Of a stretch of DNA of 64,000 nt, positions 17,465 through 28,265 are shown in pieces. The number at the start of each line of letters is the position of its first letter. The stretch's first letter is position 1. Below the pieces are notes generated by a model. That model was not told where the DNA came from and ran no database searches. It saw only the letters and a list, made by a program, of their open reading frames with translations. Source of the stretch: an uncultured Collinsella sp. GTDB lineage: Bacteria; Actinomycetota; Coriobacteriia; Coriobacteriales; Coriobacteriaceae. The translations under genes and the position numbers were made by a program. The stretch is taken from contig UQHS01000001.1 of assembly GCA_900540845.1 (NCBI GenBank), positions 51,508-115,507 of the forward strand, given 5' to 3'.

Positions 17465-18540
17465 TTACAGCGCGCGAATAAACTCCAGCAGCTCATCGAC
17501 GTGCTTGGGCTGGCAGGCCCAGCTGGTTACAAAGCGCAGTACGATGCGGCTGCGCCCCGTGGGGTCCTGTGCAGGCGTGATCTCGGCGCCGCACGCCTCG
17601 ACGATGCGCTCGGCAACACCTGCATCGAACCAGAAGAACTGCTGGTTGCCGCATGTGCGGATATAAGGCTCGAAGCCGGCGGCTTCAAGGCCCGCGGCGA
17701 GCATGACAGCGCATGCGTTTGACCGCTTGGCATGGGCGAAGTAGGGAAGGAGCCCCTCGTCGTCGCGAAGCTCAGGGTCGAAGGCCGCCTCGTACTGCAC
17801 GCCCATGAGACGGCCCTTGGCAGTCATGTGACCGGCGCGTTTGGTGAGGTAGGGGATGCGATCGATGCCGCGCCTGCCGCGCTCGGAGCGAGGGCTCACT
17901 ACGAGTGCCTCGCCAAACAGCATGCCGGCCTTGGTGCCGCCGAGTGTGAAGGCGTCGGCGCGCGCGGCAAGATGCTCGAGAGTGAGGTCGCCGTCGGGCG
18001 CCGTGAGCGCGCTGGCCATCCGAGCGCCGTCAACGTACACCGCTAGGCCGAGCTTTTCGGCCACGTCGCACAGGGCGTCAAACTCGGCGCGCGTGTAGAC
18101 GTGGCCGAGTTCGGTGGTGTTGGAGAAGTAGAGCATCGCGGGGCGCGTGGCGTGGCAGCCGCCCGCGGCATGAGCATGGTAGACGCGCTCGACCTCGGAG
18201 GGCGACAGGACGCCATAGGGGTCGGCGGTGGCGAGGATGCGCCTACCGCACGCCTCGATGGCGCCGGTCTCGTGCGCGGTGGGGTGCGCATCCGCCGCGA
18301 GGATGGGACCTTCGAAAGCGTCGGTAAATGCGGAGATGCACACGGCGTTGGCGGCGGTGCCACCGGGGATGAAGCGCACGAAGGCGTCGGGCTGGCCGCA
18401 TGCCTCGCGGATCAGCTCGGCGGCGTGCGCGCAGTGTTCGTCGGTGCCGTAGCCGGAGGTCTGCTCGTCGTTGGTGCACAGCAGCGCCTCGAGGACCTCG
18501 GGGCACGCGCCTTCGGAGTAGTCGTTGCGAAATTGGTGCA
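17465..18540 (-). CDS. PLP-dependent threonine aldolase / beta-eliminating lyase family protein
   Basis: Start MHQFRNDYSEGACPEVLEAL... matches the threonine-aldolase family N-terminus; LGGTKAGMLFGEALV contains the PLP lysine region; the ORF-track N-terminal 68 aa is an overlap artefact. Confidence 0.7.
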
Positions 18541-18555
18541 TGGCGCGCCCCGCTA

Positions 18556-19869
18556 GCCCAGCAGGCCGGCGATGGTCGCCGCGGCGCCCGCGCGATCGAT
18601 GAGCTGCTCGTCGTGGGTGCCCATGTCGCGCAGCTTGACCTTGCCCGCGGCGAGCTCGTCGTCGCCGATGATCACGATGTGCGATGCGCCGAGCTTGTCG
18701 GCCTGCTTGAACTGGGCCTTGAGAGATTTGCCCTGGTAATCGCACTCGGTGCGAACCCCGAGCATGCGCAGCTCACGGGAGAGCGCGAACACCTCACCGC
18801 GCAGGTCGGCGCCGGCGTTGGCGACAAACACGCACGAAGGGTCGCCGCCGCCGAGCTCGACCCCAAATGCCTCGAGGGCAAGGGCGATGCGCTCGAATCC
18901 CACGGCGAAGCCGACGCCGGGGGTGGGCTTGCCGCCCTCAAGCTCGACCAGGCCGTCGTAGCGTCCGCCGCCGCCAATGGAGCCGACGCCCGCGCCGGGG
19001 GTCTCGACCTCGAAAACCGTGCGCGTGTAGTAGTCGAGGCCGCGCACGAGGGTGGGGTCCTCGATGTACTCGATCCCCGCCGCGTCGAGATAGCGCTTCA
19101 CCTGCTCGTAGTGGTCGCGGCACTCGTCGCACAGGCAGTCGCGCATGAGCGGAGCGCCCTGCATGATCTCGTGGCAGTGCGGGTTCTTGCAGTCGAAGGC
19201 GCGCAGCGGGTTGAGCTCGGCGCGCTCGCGACACTCGTCGCACATCTCGTCGGCGTGATTGAGGATAAACTGCTTAACCGTCTCGCGGTAGGCGGGGCGG
19301 CATGCGGGGTCACCCATGGAGTTGATGAGAAGGCGCAGCTTGGAGAGGTCGAACCCCAGGCGCTTGAAGAACTCCATGAGCATGATGATGCATTCGGCGT
19401 CGGCGCATGCGTCGGAGGCGCCGAGCCATTCGATTCCGATCTGGTGGAATTGGCGCAGGCGACCCTTTTGCGGGCGCTCGCCGCGGAACATGGCCTCGGC
19501 GTACCAGGCCTTGAAGGGAACCGAGCCCTGGGGGACGAGATTGTTCTCCACGACCGAGCGCACGACGCCGGCCGTTCCCTCGGGCCTGAGGGCGAGGCGC
19601 TGCTTTGCCTTGAGCTTGGCGTCGGAGCCCTCCTCGAGCACGCGGGCGAAGTTCGCGCCGGAGAACACGCGGAACATCTCCTTGCGAACGACGTCGGTGG
19701 ACTGGCCGATGCCGTGCACGAACACGTCGAGCTGCTCGATGGCGGGCGTCTCGATGGCCTCGAAACCGTACGGGCCAAACACCTCCGCGGCGACTTCCTG
19801 CATCTTGAGCCAAGCGCGCATGTCGCGCCCGATGAGGTCCTTGGTTCCCTCGGCCTTCTGTGCCTGCAT
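18556..19869 (-). CDS. hisS: histidine--tRNA ligase
   Basis: MQAQKAEGTKDLIGRDMRAWLKMQEVAAEVFGPYGFEAIETPAIEQ... has class II aaRS motifs and the HisS-specific layout; about 438 aa. Confidence 0.9.
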
Positions 19870-20097
19870 GGGCACTCCCTCCCGATTCATGCATGTGTGG
19901 CCATGCGTTATGTGCAATTTACTCAGTATACCTTGGGTCCGCCTGCCGAGCACTTCGACCGCCCACCGAATATTCGTTGAAATATGGAGATGTACTCCAC
20001 CGCGATAAAGCAATTGGTAGCGATGCCGCGTGCTGCATATAATAAGACGGTCGCGCGGGCTCGCATTTGGCCCGCGCCTGCTATTAGAGGAGGTAGT

Positions 20098-22923
20098 GTG
20101 GCCGACACCAAGCAAGGCGCATCCCAGTTGGGCGACGCCATCACCGGCGATATGATCGCGGGCGTGCTGTCCGGCACGCGCCGTATCGACCTGTCAGACC
20201 TGCAGGCTGTCGTCGAGATCCTGTCCGACATCGATATCCCGGCCGAACTTCGCGACAACCTGGCGCTGTTCTTGCGCCTCGAGCGCCGTGTGCTGCGCGA
20301 GTACGACGAGACGGTGCTCGATATATTCGACGAGCTCATGGTCAACGTCATTCGCGCAAACGCCGGCGACCCCGGCGCCGAGGCCGGCGGCGAGAGCGTC
20401 GACGCGCAGGGCATGCCCGATTCGAATACGCCGTCCGCCGAGGCGTTCCGCGAGGCCATCGCGCTGATCGACAGTCTTCCCGTCGAGCGCGCACAGGTGA
20501 TCGTGCGCGCCTTCACCGCATTCTTCCACCTGGCAAACCTCTCTGAGGAGAGCTACCGCGTGGCGATTTTGCGCGAGCGCGAGCGCAACGTTTCCACCGA
20601 GGACGCGGTCGACCCCGCCAACGCGCTCACCGTCGCGTTCCACCAGCTCACGGAGGAAGTGGGCGGCGCCCAGGCCACCGAGCTGCTCTCGCGCCTGGAG
20701 TTCCACCCGGTGTTCACTGCGCATCCCACCGAGGCGCGTCGCAAGGCCGTCGAGGGCAAGATTCGCCGCATCGCCGAACTGCTGGAGGAGCGCTCCCGCT
20801 TGGGCGGCTCCGACCTGGTCGAAAACGAGCGCCACATGCTGCAGGAGATCGACGCCCTCGTGCGCACGAGTCCCATCGCGCTCAAGAAGCCGACGCCCGT
20901 CGAGGAAGCCGACACCATCATCGACATCTTCGATAGCACCCTGTTCGACACCATCCCCGTGGTCTATCGCCGCTTTGACGACTGGGTGCTCGGCGAGTAC
21001 GCCGGCACGGTGCCGCCGGTGTGCCCCGCGTTTTTCCACCCCGGAAGCTGGATTGGCTCCGACCGCGACGGCAACCCCAACGTCACCGCCAAGGTGAGCC
21101 GCCAAGTCGCCGCCAAGTACGCCACGCATATGATTGCCAAGCTCGCCGACAAGTGCCGCCGTGTGGGTCGTAACCTCACGCTCGAGGCCGCGTACACCAA
21201 GCCCTCCGACGAACTGCTCAACCTGTGGAGCCATCAGGTCGAGATGAGCGAGGTGCTCACCGAGCGCGCACGTGAGATCTCCAACTCCGAGCCGCATCGC
21301 GCCGTCATGCTCGTTATGGCCGCGCGTTTGGACGCCACGGTGAGCCGCAACGCCGACACGATGTACCGCACCTGTGACGAATTCCTGGCCGACCTGCGCG
21401 TCGTCCAGCGCTCGCTGGCCTCCGCCGGCGCCGTCCGCGCGGCGTATGGCCCCGTTCAGACCCTGATCTGGCAGGCCGAGACCTTCGGCTTCCACATGGT
21501 GGAGATGGAGTTCCGTCAGCACTCCGTGGTGCACAGCCGCGCGCTCGCCGACATCCGCGAGCACGGCATCCACGGCGACCTCGCCCCCATGACGCGCGAG
21601 GTGCTCGACACGTTCCGTGCCATCGGCTCCATCCAGAAGCGCTACGGCCAAAAGATGGCCCACCGCTACATCATCTCGTTCACCAAGAGCGCAAGCCACG
21701 TGGCCGATGTGTACGAGCTCGCCCAGCTCGCGTTCGCCCATGCCGAGGACGTCCCGGCACTCGATGTCATCCCGCTGTTCGAGCAGCTCGAGGACCTCGA
21801 GGGCTCCGTCGACGTGCTCGAGGAGATGCTGAAGCTCCCCGCGGTTCAGGCGCGCCTCGAGCAAACCGGCCGTCGCATGGAGGTCATGCTCGGCTACTCC
21901 GACTCCTCCAAGGACGCCGGCCCCACCACCGCGACGCTCGCCCTGCACTCCGCGCAGGAACGCATCGCCGCGTGGGCCGAGAAGCACGATATCGACCTCG
22001 TGCTCATGCATGGCCGCGGCGGTGCCGTGGGCCGTGGCGGCGGCCCCGCCAACCGCGCGGTGCTGGCGCAGCCCGCCGGGTCGGTCAACTGCTTCTTCAA
22101 GGTTACGGAGCAGGGCGAGGTCATCTTCGCCCGTTATGGCAACCCCACGCTGGCGCAGCGTCACGTGGAGAGCGTCGCCGCCGCGACGCTGCTTAACTCC
22201 GCCCCGTCTGTCGAGCGCACCAACACCGAGACGACCGAGCGTTACGCCGAGATGGCCGCGGTGCTCAACCGCGCCAGCCATCAGCGGTATCTCGACCTGC
22301 TCAACACCGAGGACTTCACGCCGTGGTTCTCCTGCGTCACGCCGCTGACCGAGGTCGGCCTCCTGCCCATCGGCAGCCGTCCGGCCAAGCGCGGCCTGGG
22401 CGCCAAGTCGCTGGACGACCTGCGCACCATTCCGTGGGTGTTCTCCTGGAGCCAGGCGCGCATCAACCTGGCCGCGTGGTACGGCTTGGGTTCCGCGTGC
22501 GAGGAGCTCGGCGACCTCGAGCTGCTCCAGCGCGCGTATGCCGAGTGGCCGTTGTTCACCACGTTCATCGACAACATCGAGATGTCCATCGCCAAGACCG
22601 ACAACCGTATCGCCAAGATGTATCTGTCCCTTGGCGACCGCGCCGACCTCGCCAGCAAGGTCTTCGACGAGATGATGCTCACGCGCTCGTGGGTGCTGCG
22701 CATCGTGGGCGACAAGTGGCCGCTCGAGCATCGTCGCGTGCTGGGGCAGGCCGTACGCGTGCGCAACCCGTTTGTGGACGCGCTGTCGCTCGCACAGGTA
22801 CGTGCGCTGCGCGAGGTGCGCGCCAATCAGGACGAGCTGTCCGAGGAGGCCAAGGCCGAGTACATGAGCCTTGTGCTGGAGACCGTGACCGGCGTCTCGG
22901 CGGGTCTTCAGAACACGGGCTAA
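20098..22923 (+). CDS. ppc: phosphoenolpyruvate carboxylase
   Basis: FHPVFTAHPTEARR, VMLGYSDSSKDAG, HGRGGAVGRGGGP and the C-terminal ...LQNTG are diagnostic; the GTG at 20098 follows the RBS AGAGGAGG; about 941 aa. Confidence 0.9.
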   Translation: MADTKQGASQLGDAITGDMIAGVLSGTRRIDLSDLQAVVEILSDIDIPAELRDNLALFLRLERRVLREYDETVLDIFDELMVNVIRANAGDPGAEAGGESVDAQGMPDSNTPSAEAFREAIALIDSLPVERAQVIVRAFTAFFHLANLSEESYRVAILRERERNVSTEDAVDPANALTVAFHQLTEEVGGAQATELLSRLEFHPVFTAHPTEARRKAVEGKIRRIAELLEERSRLGGSDLVENERHMLQEIDALVRTSPIALKKPTPVEEADTIIDIFDSTLFDTIPVVYRRFDDWVLGEYAGTVPPVCPAFFHPGSWIGSDRDGNPNVTAKVSRQVAAKYATHMIAKLADKCRRVGRNLTLEAAYTKPSDELLNLWSHQVEMSEVLTERAREISNSEPHRAVMLVMAARLDATVSRNADTMYRTCDEFLADLRVVQRSLASAGAVRAAYGPVQTLIWQAETFGFHMVEMEFRQHSVVHSRALADIREHGIHGDLAPMTREVLDTFRAIGSIQKRYGQKMAHRYIISFTKSASHVADVYELAQLAFAHAEDVPALDVIPLFEQLEDLEGSVDVLEEMLKLPAVQARLEQTGRRMEVMLGYSDSSKDAGPTTATLALHSAQERIAAWAEKHDIDLVLMHGRGGAVGRGGGPANRAVLAQPAGSVNCFFKVTEQGEVIFARYGNPTLAQRHVESVAAATLLNSAPSVERTNTETTERYAEMAAVLNRASHQRYLDLLNTEDFTPWFSCVTPLTEVGLLPIGSRPAKRGLGAKSLDDLRTIPWVFSWSQARINLAAWYGLGSACEELGDLELLQRAYAEWPLFTTFIDNIEMSIAKTDNRIAKMYLSLGDRADLASKVFDEMMLTRSWVLRIVGDKWPLEHRRVLGQAVRVRNPFVDALSLAQVRALREVRANQDELSEEAKAEYMSLVLETVTGVSAGLQNTG

Positions 22924-23105
22924 GCCTCAATTTGAGGATAGTCCCTAAAGCGGATGCTTGCGTTGGGAGCATCTGGTGGCCATGTGGATGCGTTTCCATG
23001 GTCGCCAGGTGCTCCGAGTTTTTCAAATGCACTGAAGCTCATTCTGCCGTGGGCACCCTCCGAGGTGGAATTGCCATAGCTTGCCTTGGGCTGCCAACCT
23101 TCTTG

Positions 23106-23170
23106 CTAATGTAAGATTCTGGAACCTTCCAATGTATAATTCTGGAATATACTAATGTAAGATTATGGAG
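23106..23170. repeat. three tandem 23-bp repeats (CTAATGTAAGATTCTGGAA-like) in an AT-rich patch immediately upstream of the DUF4143 ATPase gene
   Basis: CTAATGTAAGATTCTGGAA (23106), CCAATGTATAATTCTGGAA (23129), CTAATGTAAGATTATGGAG (23152). Confidence 0.6.
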
Positions 23171-23194
23171 AAACGCATTGGTAGGGTGACCTTT

Positions 23195-24352
23195 ATGATT
23201 AATCGAGTCATGGCAGATCAGATGCGGGCGCAGGCACAGTGGTTCCCGGTCCTCTCGGTGACTGGCCCTCGCCAGAGCGGTAAGTCCACGCTGGTCAAGA
23301 GCGTTTTCGATTCGTACGAGTATGTCAATCTGGAGGACCCACAGCTTCGACGGGAGGCGCTGGAAGATCCCGTGGGCTTCATTCGGACACGCCCTGCGAG
23401 GCTTATCATCGACGAAGCCCAATATGCTCCCGAATTGTTTTCCGTTATTCAGGTGGTGTCGGACGAGAGGGAAGAAGCAGGTCAGTACATCCTATCGGGC
23501 TCGCAGAACTTCCTGCTTACGAAGCGCATCGGCCAATCGTTGGCGGGCAGGGTCGGCCTGCTCAAGTTGCTTCCCGTTTCGTATGAGGAGTGCCGCGGCT
23601 ACGATCCGGCATGCACCTCCGAGTCTTTCATGTTCACAGGTGGCTATCCGCGTCTGTTGAGCACGGGAATGCCCGCTTCGTTATTTTTCTCCAGCTATCT
23701 CGATACGTATATCGAGCGAGATGTAGCGGACTACCTTGATGTTAGGAACCTGACTGCATTCAGGAGATTTGTCCAGCTATGCGCCCTCAACGCTGGAAAT
23801 CTCATGAATTACTCGAGTCTTGCTCGTGACGCCGACATCGACGCTCGGACGGCGAAGGCATGGTTGTCCATGCTTGATGCGAGTTATATCACGTTTGCGC
23901 TGCATCCGTATTATCGAAATCCTGGCAAGCGACTCACTAAGAGCCCCAAGCTCTATTTCTACGATACGGGCCTCTTGTGCTATCTGCTGGGCATCTCCAG
24001 CTCCGAACAGCTCGTGTCCAGTGAGTATTTCGGCGCGGTTTGCGAGAATTTCATCGTGGCGGAGACTCAGAAAAATCATCTCAATCGTGGCGTTCGACCG
24101 GAGCTCTATTTCTATCGCGATGATCGAAAAATCGAGGTTGACCTGTTGGATTTCACCGATGCACGCGCGAGGAAGCTTGTTGAGGTGAAGTCGGGGCAAA
24201 CGTATCGCGATGCCCATGCTCGCCATCTCCAAACCGTGGGGGTTGAACTCGAGGTTCCCGCAGCGGACCGCTATGTCGTTTCGCGCGTGGAACATGGTTT
24301 CAGGGCATCGGCGGCCACGGTGTCTACGTACGATGAATGGCTGCTCGGGTAG
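23195..24352 (+). CDS. AAA-family ATPase with DUF4143 C-terminal domain
   Basis: Walker A GPRQSGKST, Walker B LIIDEAQ; the C-terminal half fits the DUF4143 family; visibly lower GC than its neighbours. Confidence 0.7.
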   Translation: MINRVMADQMRAQAQWFPVLSVTGPRQSGKSTLVKSVFDSYEYVNLEDPQLRREALEDPVGFIRTRPARLIIDEAQYAPELFSVIQVVSDEREEAGQYILSGSQNFLLTKRIGQSLAGRVGLLKLLPVSYEECRGYDPACTSESFMFTGGYPRLLSTGMPASLFFSSYLDTYIERDVADYLDVRNLTAFRRFVQLCALNAGNLMNYSSLARDADIDARTAKAWLSMLDASYITFALHPYYRNPGKRLTKSPKLYFYDTGLLCYLLGISSSEQLVSSEYFGAVCENFIVAETQKNHLNRGVRPELYFYRDDRKIEVDLLDFTDARARKLVEVKSGQTYRDAHARHLQTVGVELEVPAADRYVVSRVEHGFRASAATVSTYDEWLLG

Positions 24353-24603
24353 CAGGCGGATTATGGGGCGCAGGCTGACGCCTATGATGGGCGCCCATTG
24401 TTCCCAACCTGTTAAGACAACGTGAGCCGGGTGCTTTTCTACGATAAAGCGCTCGGCTTTCCGCTATCCTAGTGACCTGTCGCGCTGCGGGTGCCGGGTC
24501 GCCCGGCGCGAAATGCCGAGCCGCGCTGTCTACGCGCCTTGGCAGTCTGTACACCAGCCGCCTGCTTACGGCACGGGGCGGCACAGATCAAAAGGAGGAA
24601 GCA

Positions 24604-26400
24604 GTGGCACAAGACTGCACCACCAACCCCGCCAACATGCATTCCATGCACACCCATACCTGTGGCGAGCTGCGCGCCGCCAACATCGGTGAGGAAGTCA
24701 CCCTCACCGGCTGGGTGAGCCGTCGCCGCGATCACGGCGGCCTGATCTTCTGCGACCTGCGCGACCGCGAGGGCATCACGCAGATCAACTTCGATCCCGA
24801 GCACTCGGACGGCGACGCCTTCAAGATTGCCGAGACCATGCGCCCCGAGTGGCCCATTCTCGTGCACGGCGTCGTGCGCGACCGCGGCCACGACGCGGTG
24901 AACCCCAAGCTGGCAACGGGCGAGATCGAGGTTTTGGTCGATCACGCTCAGGTGCTCAACCGCTCGAAGACCCCGCCGTTCCAGATCGAGGATGGCATCG
25001 AGACCGCCGAGGACACGCGCCTGCGCTATCGTTACCTGGACCTCCGCCGTCCCGAGATGGCCGCCCGCCTGCGCCTGCGCTCCGATTTCACCTTCGCCAT
25101 CCGCTCCGCCCTGCACGACCGCGCATTCACCGAGGTCGAGACGCCGGCGCTCTTCAAGTCCACGCCCGAGGGCGCGCGCGACTTCGTGGTGCCCAGCCGC
25201 CTGCAGCCGGGCAACTTCTACGCCCTGCCGCAGTCCCCACAGCTCCTCAAGCAGCTGCTTATGGTGGGCGGCGTCGAGCGCTACTATCAGGTCGCCAAGT
25301 GCTTCCGTGACGAGGATCTGCGCGCCGACCGTCAGCCCGAGTTCACGCAGGTGGACATCGAGATGAGCTTCGTCGAGCAGGATGACGTCATGTCCCAGCT
25401 TGAGGACGTTTTGTCCGACGCCTTCGCCCGCGTGGGTGTGGAGATGCCCACCCCGCTGCGTCGCATCTCCTATTGGGACGCCATGGACACCTATGGTTCC
25501 GATAAGCCCGACACGCGCTTCGGCATGGAGCTCGTCGACCTCACCGATGTCTTCGCCACCTCCGCGTTCAAGGTGTTCGCCAGCGCCGCCACCACCGAGG
25601 GCCACGTGGTCAAGGCCATCAACGCCAAGGGCGCCGGCACCTGGCCGCGTGCTCAGATCGACAAGCTTGCCAAGGTCGCCGCGACCTTCGGCGCCAAGGG
25701 CCTTGCTTGGATTGCCTTCCGCGAGGACGGCTCCATGAACAGCCCGATCGTGAAGTTCTTCACCGACGAGGAGATGGACGAGCTGCGCCGTCGCTGCGAC
25801 GTCGAGCCCGGGGACCTCGTGATGTTCGCCGCCGGCCCGCGTCTGGAGGCCAACGAGATCCTCGGCGGCATGCGCTCCCACATGGCCGACGCGCTCGAGA
25901 TCCCGCGCGAGGGCCACGATTTCCTGTGGGTCGTGAACTTCCCGCTGTTCCATTGGGACGAGGAGGGCAAGCGCTACGAGGCCGAGCATCAGCCCTTTAC
26001 GCTGCCCCATATCGACGAGCTGCACCTGCTCGACGAGGATCCGCTCAAGATGGGTTCGTGCACCTACGACTTCGTCATGGACGGCTTTGAGGCTGGCGGT
26101 GGCGGCATGCGTATCCACGACGCCGAGCTGCAGCTCAAGATGCTCGAGTTCATGGGCTTCACCGAGGAGCGCGCCCGCGCCCAGTTCGGCTTCCTTATGG
26201 AGGCCCTCGAGTTCGGTGCCCCGCCGATGGGCGGCTTCGCGCTCGGCCTCGACCGCGTGTGCATGCTGCTCGCCGGCACCGACTCCATCCGCGACGTCAT
26301 GGCGTTCCCCAAGACGAGCAGTGGCTCCGATCTCATGTCCTCCGCTCCGTCTGAGGTGAGCTTGGCCCAGCTCAAGGAGGTTGGCCTGCGCCTGGAGTAG
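24604..26400 (+). CDS. aspS: aspartate--tRNA ligase
   Basis: Anticodon-binding OB fold, class II motifs (FRDEDLRADRQPEFTQVDIE, GGGMRIHD...); RBS AAAGGAGGAAGCA immediately before the GTG at 24604. Confidence 0.9.
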   Translation: MAQDCTTNPANMHSMHTHTCGELRAANIGEEVTLTGWVSRRRDHGGLIFCDLRDREGITQINFDPEHSDGDAFKIAETMRPEWPILVHGVVRDRGHDAVNPKLATGEIEVLVDHAQVLNRSKTPPFQIEDGIETAEDTRLRYRYLDLRRPEMAARLRLRSDFTFAIRSALHDRAFTEVETPALFKSTPEGARDFVVPSRLQPGNFYALPQSPQLLKQLLMVGGVERYYQVAKCFRDEDLRADRQPEFTQVDIEMSFVEQDDVMSQLEDVLSDAFARVGVEMPTPLRRISYWDAMDTYGSDKPDTRFGMELVDLTDVFATSAFKVFASAATTEGHVVKAINAKGAGTWPRAQIDKLAKVAATFGAKGLAWIAFREDGSMNSPIVKFFTDEEMDELRRRCDVEPGDLVMFAAGPRLEANEILGGMRSHMADALEIPREGHDFLWVVNFPLFHWDEEGKRYEAEHQPFTLPHIDELHLLDEDPLKMGSCTYDFVMDGFEAGGGGMRIHDAELQLKMLEFMGFTEERARAQFGFLMEALEFGAPPMGGFALGLDRVCMLLAGTDSIRDVMAFPKTSSGSDLMSSAPSEVSLAQLKEVGLRLE

Positions 26401-26476
26401 CTCGTCTTCCTTGGCCCTCGCAATTCGCGATTATCAATGTCGACCTGTGGGGATACGATGAGAAGGAGGTCCTGCT

Positions 26477-27367
26477 ATGAATCAGCGGCTTATCGGAGCG
26501 GTAGAGGCGGGCGGCACAAAGATGGTGCTTGCCACGGGATATACGGACGGAACGATTGTGGAGCGCGCGAGCATCCCCACGCAGGAGCCGGCTGTCACGG
26601 TCCCCGCCATGATCGAGTGGTTCGCAGGCAAGGGGATCGCTGCTCTGGGCATCGCCGCGTTTGGGCCAACGGCCGTCAACCCCAAATCGCCCGACTATGG
26701 CCATATCCTGCAAACTCCCAAGCTCGCGTGGCGTGGGTACGATTTCCTGGGCGAGATGGTGCGGGGCCTCGATGTGCCCTGCGGCTACGACACCGACGTT
26801 AACGGTGCCTGCCTGGGCGAGGTCATGTACGGTGCGGGCAAAGGGCTCGACAACGTGGTCTATATCACGGTGGGTACGGGCATCGGCGCCGGCGTGTACG
26901 CGGAGGGTTGCCTGCTTCACGGCATGCTGCACCCCGAGGCCGGCCACATCACGCTCGCGCGCGTGCCGGGCGATGAGGACTTCGCGTGCCATTGCCCGAG
27001 CCATGAGAGCTGCTTCGAGGGCCTCGCCGCCGGCCCCGCCGTGGTTGCCCGTTACGGTGTGGAGCGCGCGTCGGACATGGCGGACGACGAAGGCTTCCTG
27101 GAGCTCGAGAGCACGTACATCGCCCAGGGCATCGCAACGTACATCTACACGCTCTCGCCGCAGCGCATCGTGCTGGGCGGAGGCGTGCCCGATCACGCTC
27201 CCAAGCTCATGGGCCGCGTTCGCGCAAAGGTGCTTGAGCAGATCAATGGCTATCTCGCCACGCCCGAGCTGGCCGACATGGACACCTATATCGTGCCTCC
27301 GGCATGCGGCGGCAATCAGGGTGTCTTGGGCGCCATCGCGCTGGGGGCACGCGCGTTGGAGGGCTGA
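26477..27367 (+). CDS. ROK-family sugar kinase (fructokinase / glucokinase type)
   Basis: MNQRLIGAVEAGGTKMVLA ATP-binding N-terminus; ROK zinc motif HCPSHESCFEG; 296 aa. Confidence 0.75.
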   Translation: MNQRLIGAVEAGGTKMVLATGYTDGTIVERASIPTQEPAVTVPAMIEWFAGKGIAALGIAAFGPTAVNPKSPDYGHILQTPKLAWRGYDFLGEMVRGLDVPCGYDTDVNGACLGEVMYGAGKGLDNVVYITVGTGIGAGVYAEGCLLHGMLHPEAGHITLARVPGDEDFACHCPSHESCFEGLAAGPAVVARYGVERASDMADDEGFLELESTYIAQGIATYIYTLSPQRIVLGGGVPDHAPKLMGRVRAKVLEQINGYLATPELADMDTYIVPPACGGNQGVLGAIALGARALEG

Positions 27368-27402
27368 CGCGGCGCCATGGAATGGCGGGCCGTTTTATGC
27401 GG

Positions 27403-27958
27403 TTACCGCTCAAGCGCAGTGAGGTAGTCGTCGACGACAGTCTCGAGCGTGCCGATGGTGCCGGGTTCGAGGGTGAGGGTGTCGCTCTTCCAGTCCTCGG
27501 GCGTGAGCGCGATGCCTAGGTTCGGCCCGCCGATGCTTTGGACGCCGATGGCGGCGAAGAGGCGCTCGAGGTCCTTGCGTGCCCCCCGCCGTCGCTCCGC
27601 GCCCGCCCACGCCGCTGATGGCGGCGCGCTTGCCCTTGATTGCAGAAGGGCTGGTTCGGTCGTGCTCATCAAGGGGCCGGGAGAGCCAGTCGAGCAGATT
27701 CTTGAGGCCGCCGGGGATTTGATAGTTGTATTCGGGCGAGAAGAACCAAAGGCCATCGGCGGCGAGGACGGCCTCGCGAACGCGCTGGACTTCGCCGGGC
27801 GTCGGCCACTCGACATCCTGGTCCATGAGGGGAACATTCCGCCAATTGAGATATGAGACCTCGGCGCGGTCGCCGATGATGCGTTCGACCGTCTGGGCGA
27901 GCTGGAGGTTAAATGAGTGCTCGCGCAGTGAGCCGACAATCATGAGGATATGGGGCAT
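27403..27958 (-). pseudogene. NADPH-dependent FMN reductase interrupted by a 1-nt frameshift in a C6/G6 homopolymer (true pseudogene or assembly error)
   Basis: N-terminal frame: MPHILMIVGSLREHSFN...KGKRAAISGVGGRG...; C-terminal part in the other frame: ...GARKDLERLFAAIGVQSIGGPNLGIALTPEDW...; the frames switch at the GGGGGG run (plus strand CCCCCC, 27584-27589). Confidence 0.5.
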
Positions 27959-28265
27959 GAGGGCTCCTTTCGGGTGTTGGGCGCTGCTGTGCGCCGTTAG
28001 ATATATGGTGCCCTTTGGGCTTCAATTATTACCTACCAAAACGCTATACATGAAATGAACGTGGTGGCCGCGCCGCACCTGTGTGCGAGCCGCACCACAC
28101 TCGACGCAGGCGTAGGCGAGCGCACGGATGGGGTGTTTATCTGGGGCGCCCGCGCATGCATCAATTCTGCTAACTCATGCGCGCGGGGCGTGAGTACAAT
28201 GGGAGCTGATCGAGTGCCCATGCGCGTTTGGGATTGCATGTTGGTTAGAGGAGAGGATGTACGTG

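Noticed and set aside
20194-22731. 845-aa ORF antisense to ppc. Similar long antisense ORFs lie opposite aspS (24469-26118), gltB (51949-53787), glnN (57058-59130), fbp (36275-38422) and the helicase/regulator genes.
   Set aside because: High-GC DNA yields long stop-free antisense frames; their translations are low-complexity (Arg/Ala/Gly-rich) with no recognisable domains, whereas the sense-strand genes have diagnostic motifs
24353-24603. Looked for a T-box leader upstream of aspS
   Set aside because: No T-box consensus (AATTAGGGTGGNACCGCG) or specifier-loop architecture found; only generic GC-rich hairpins
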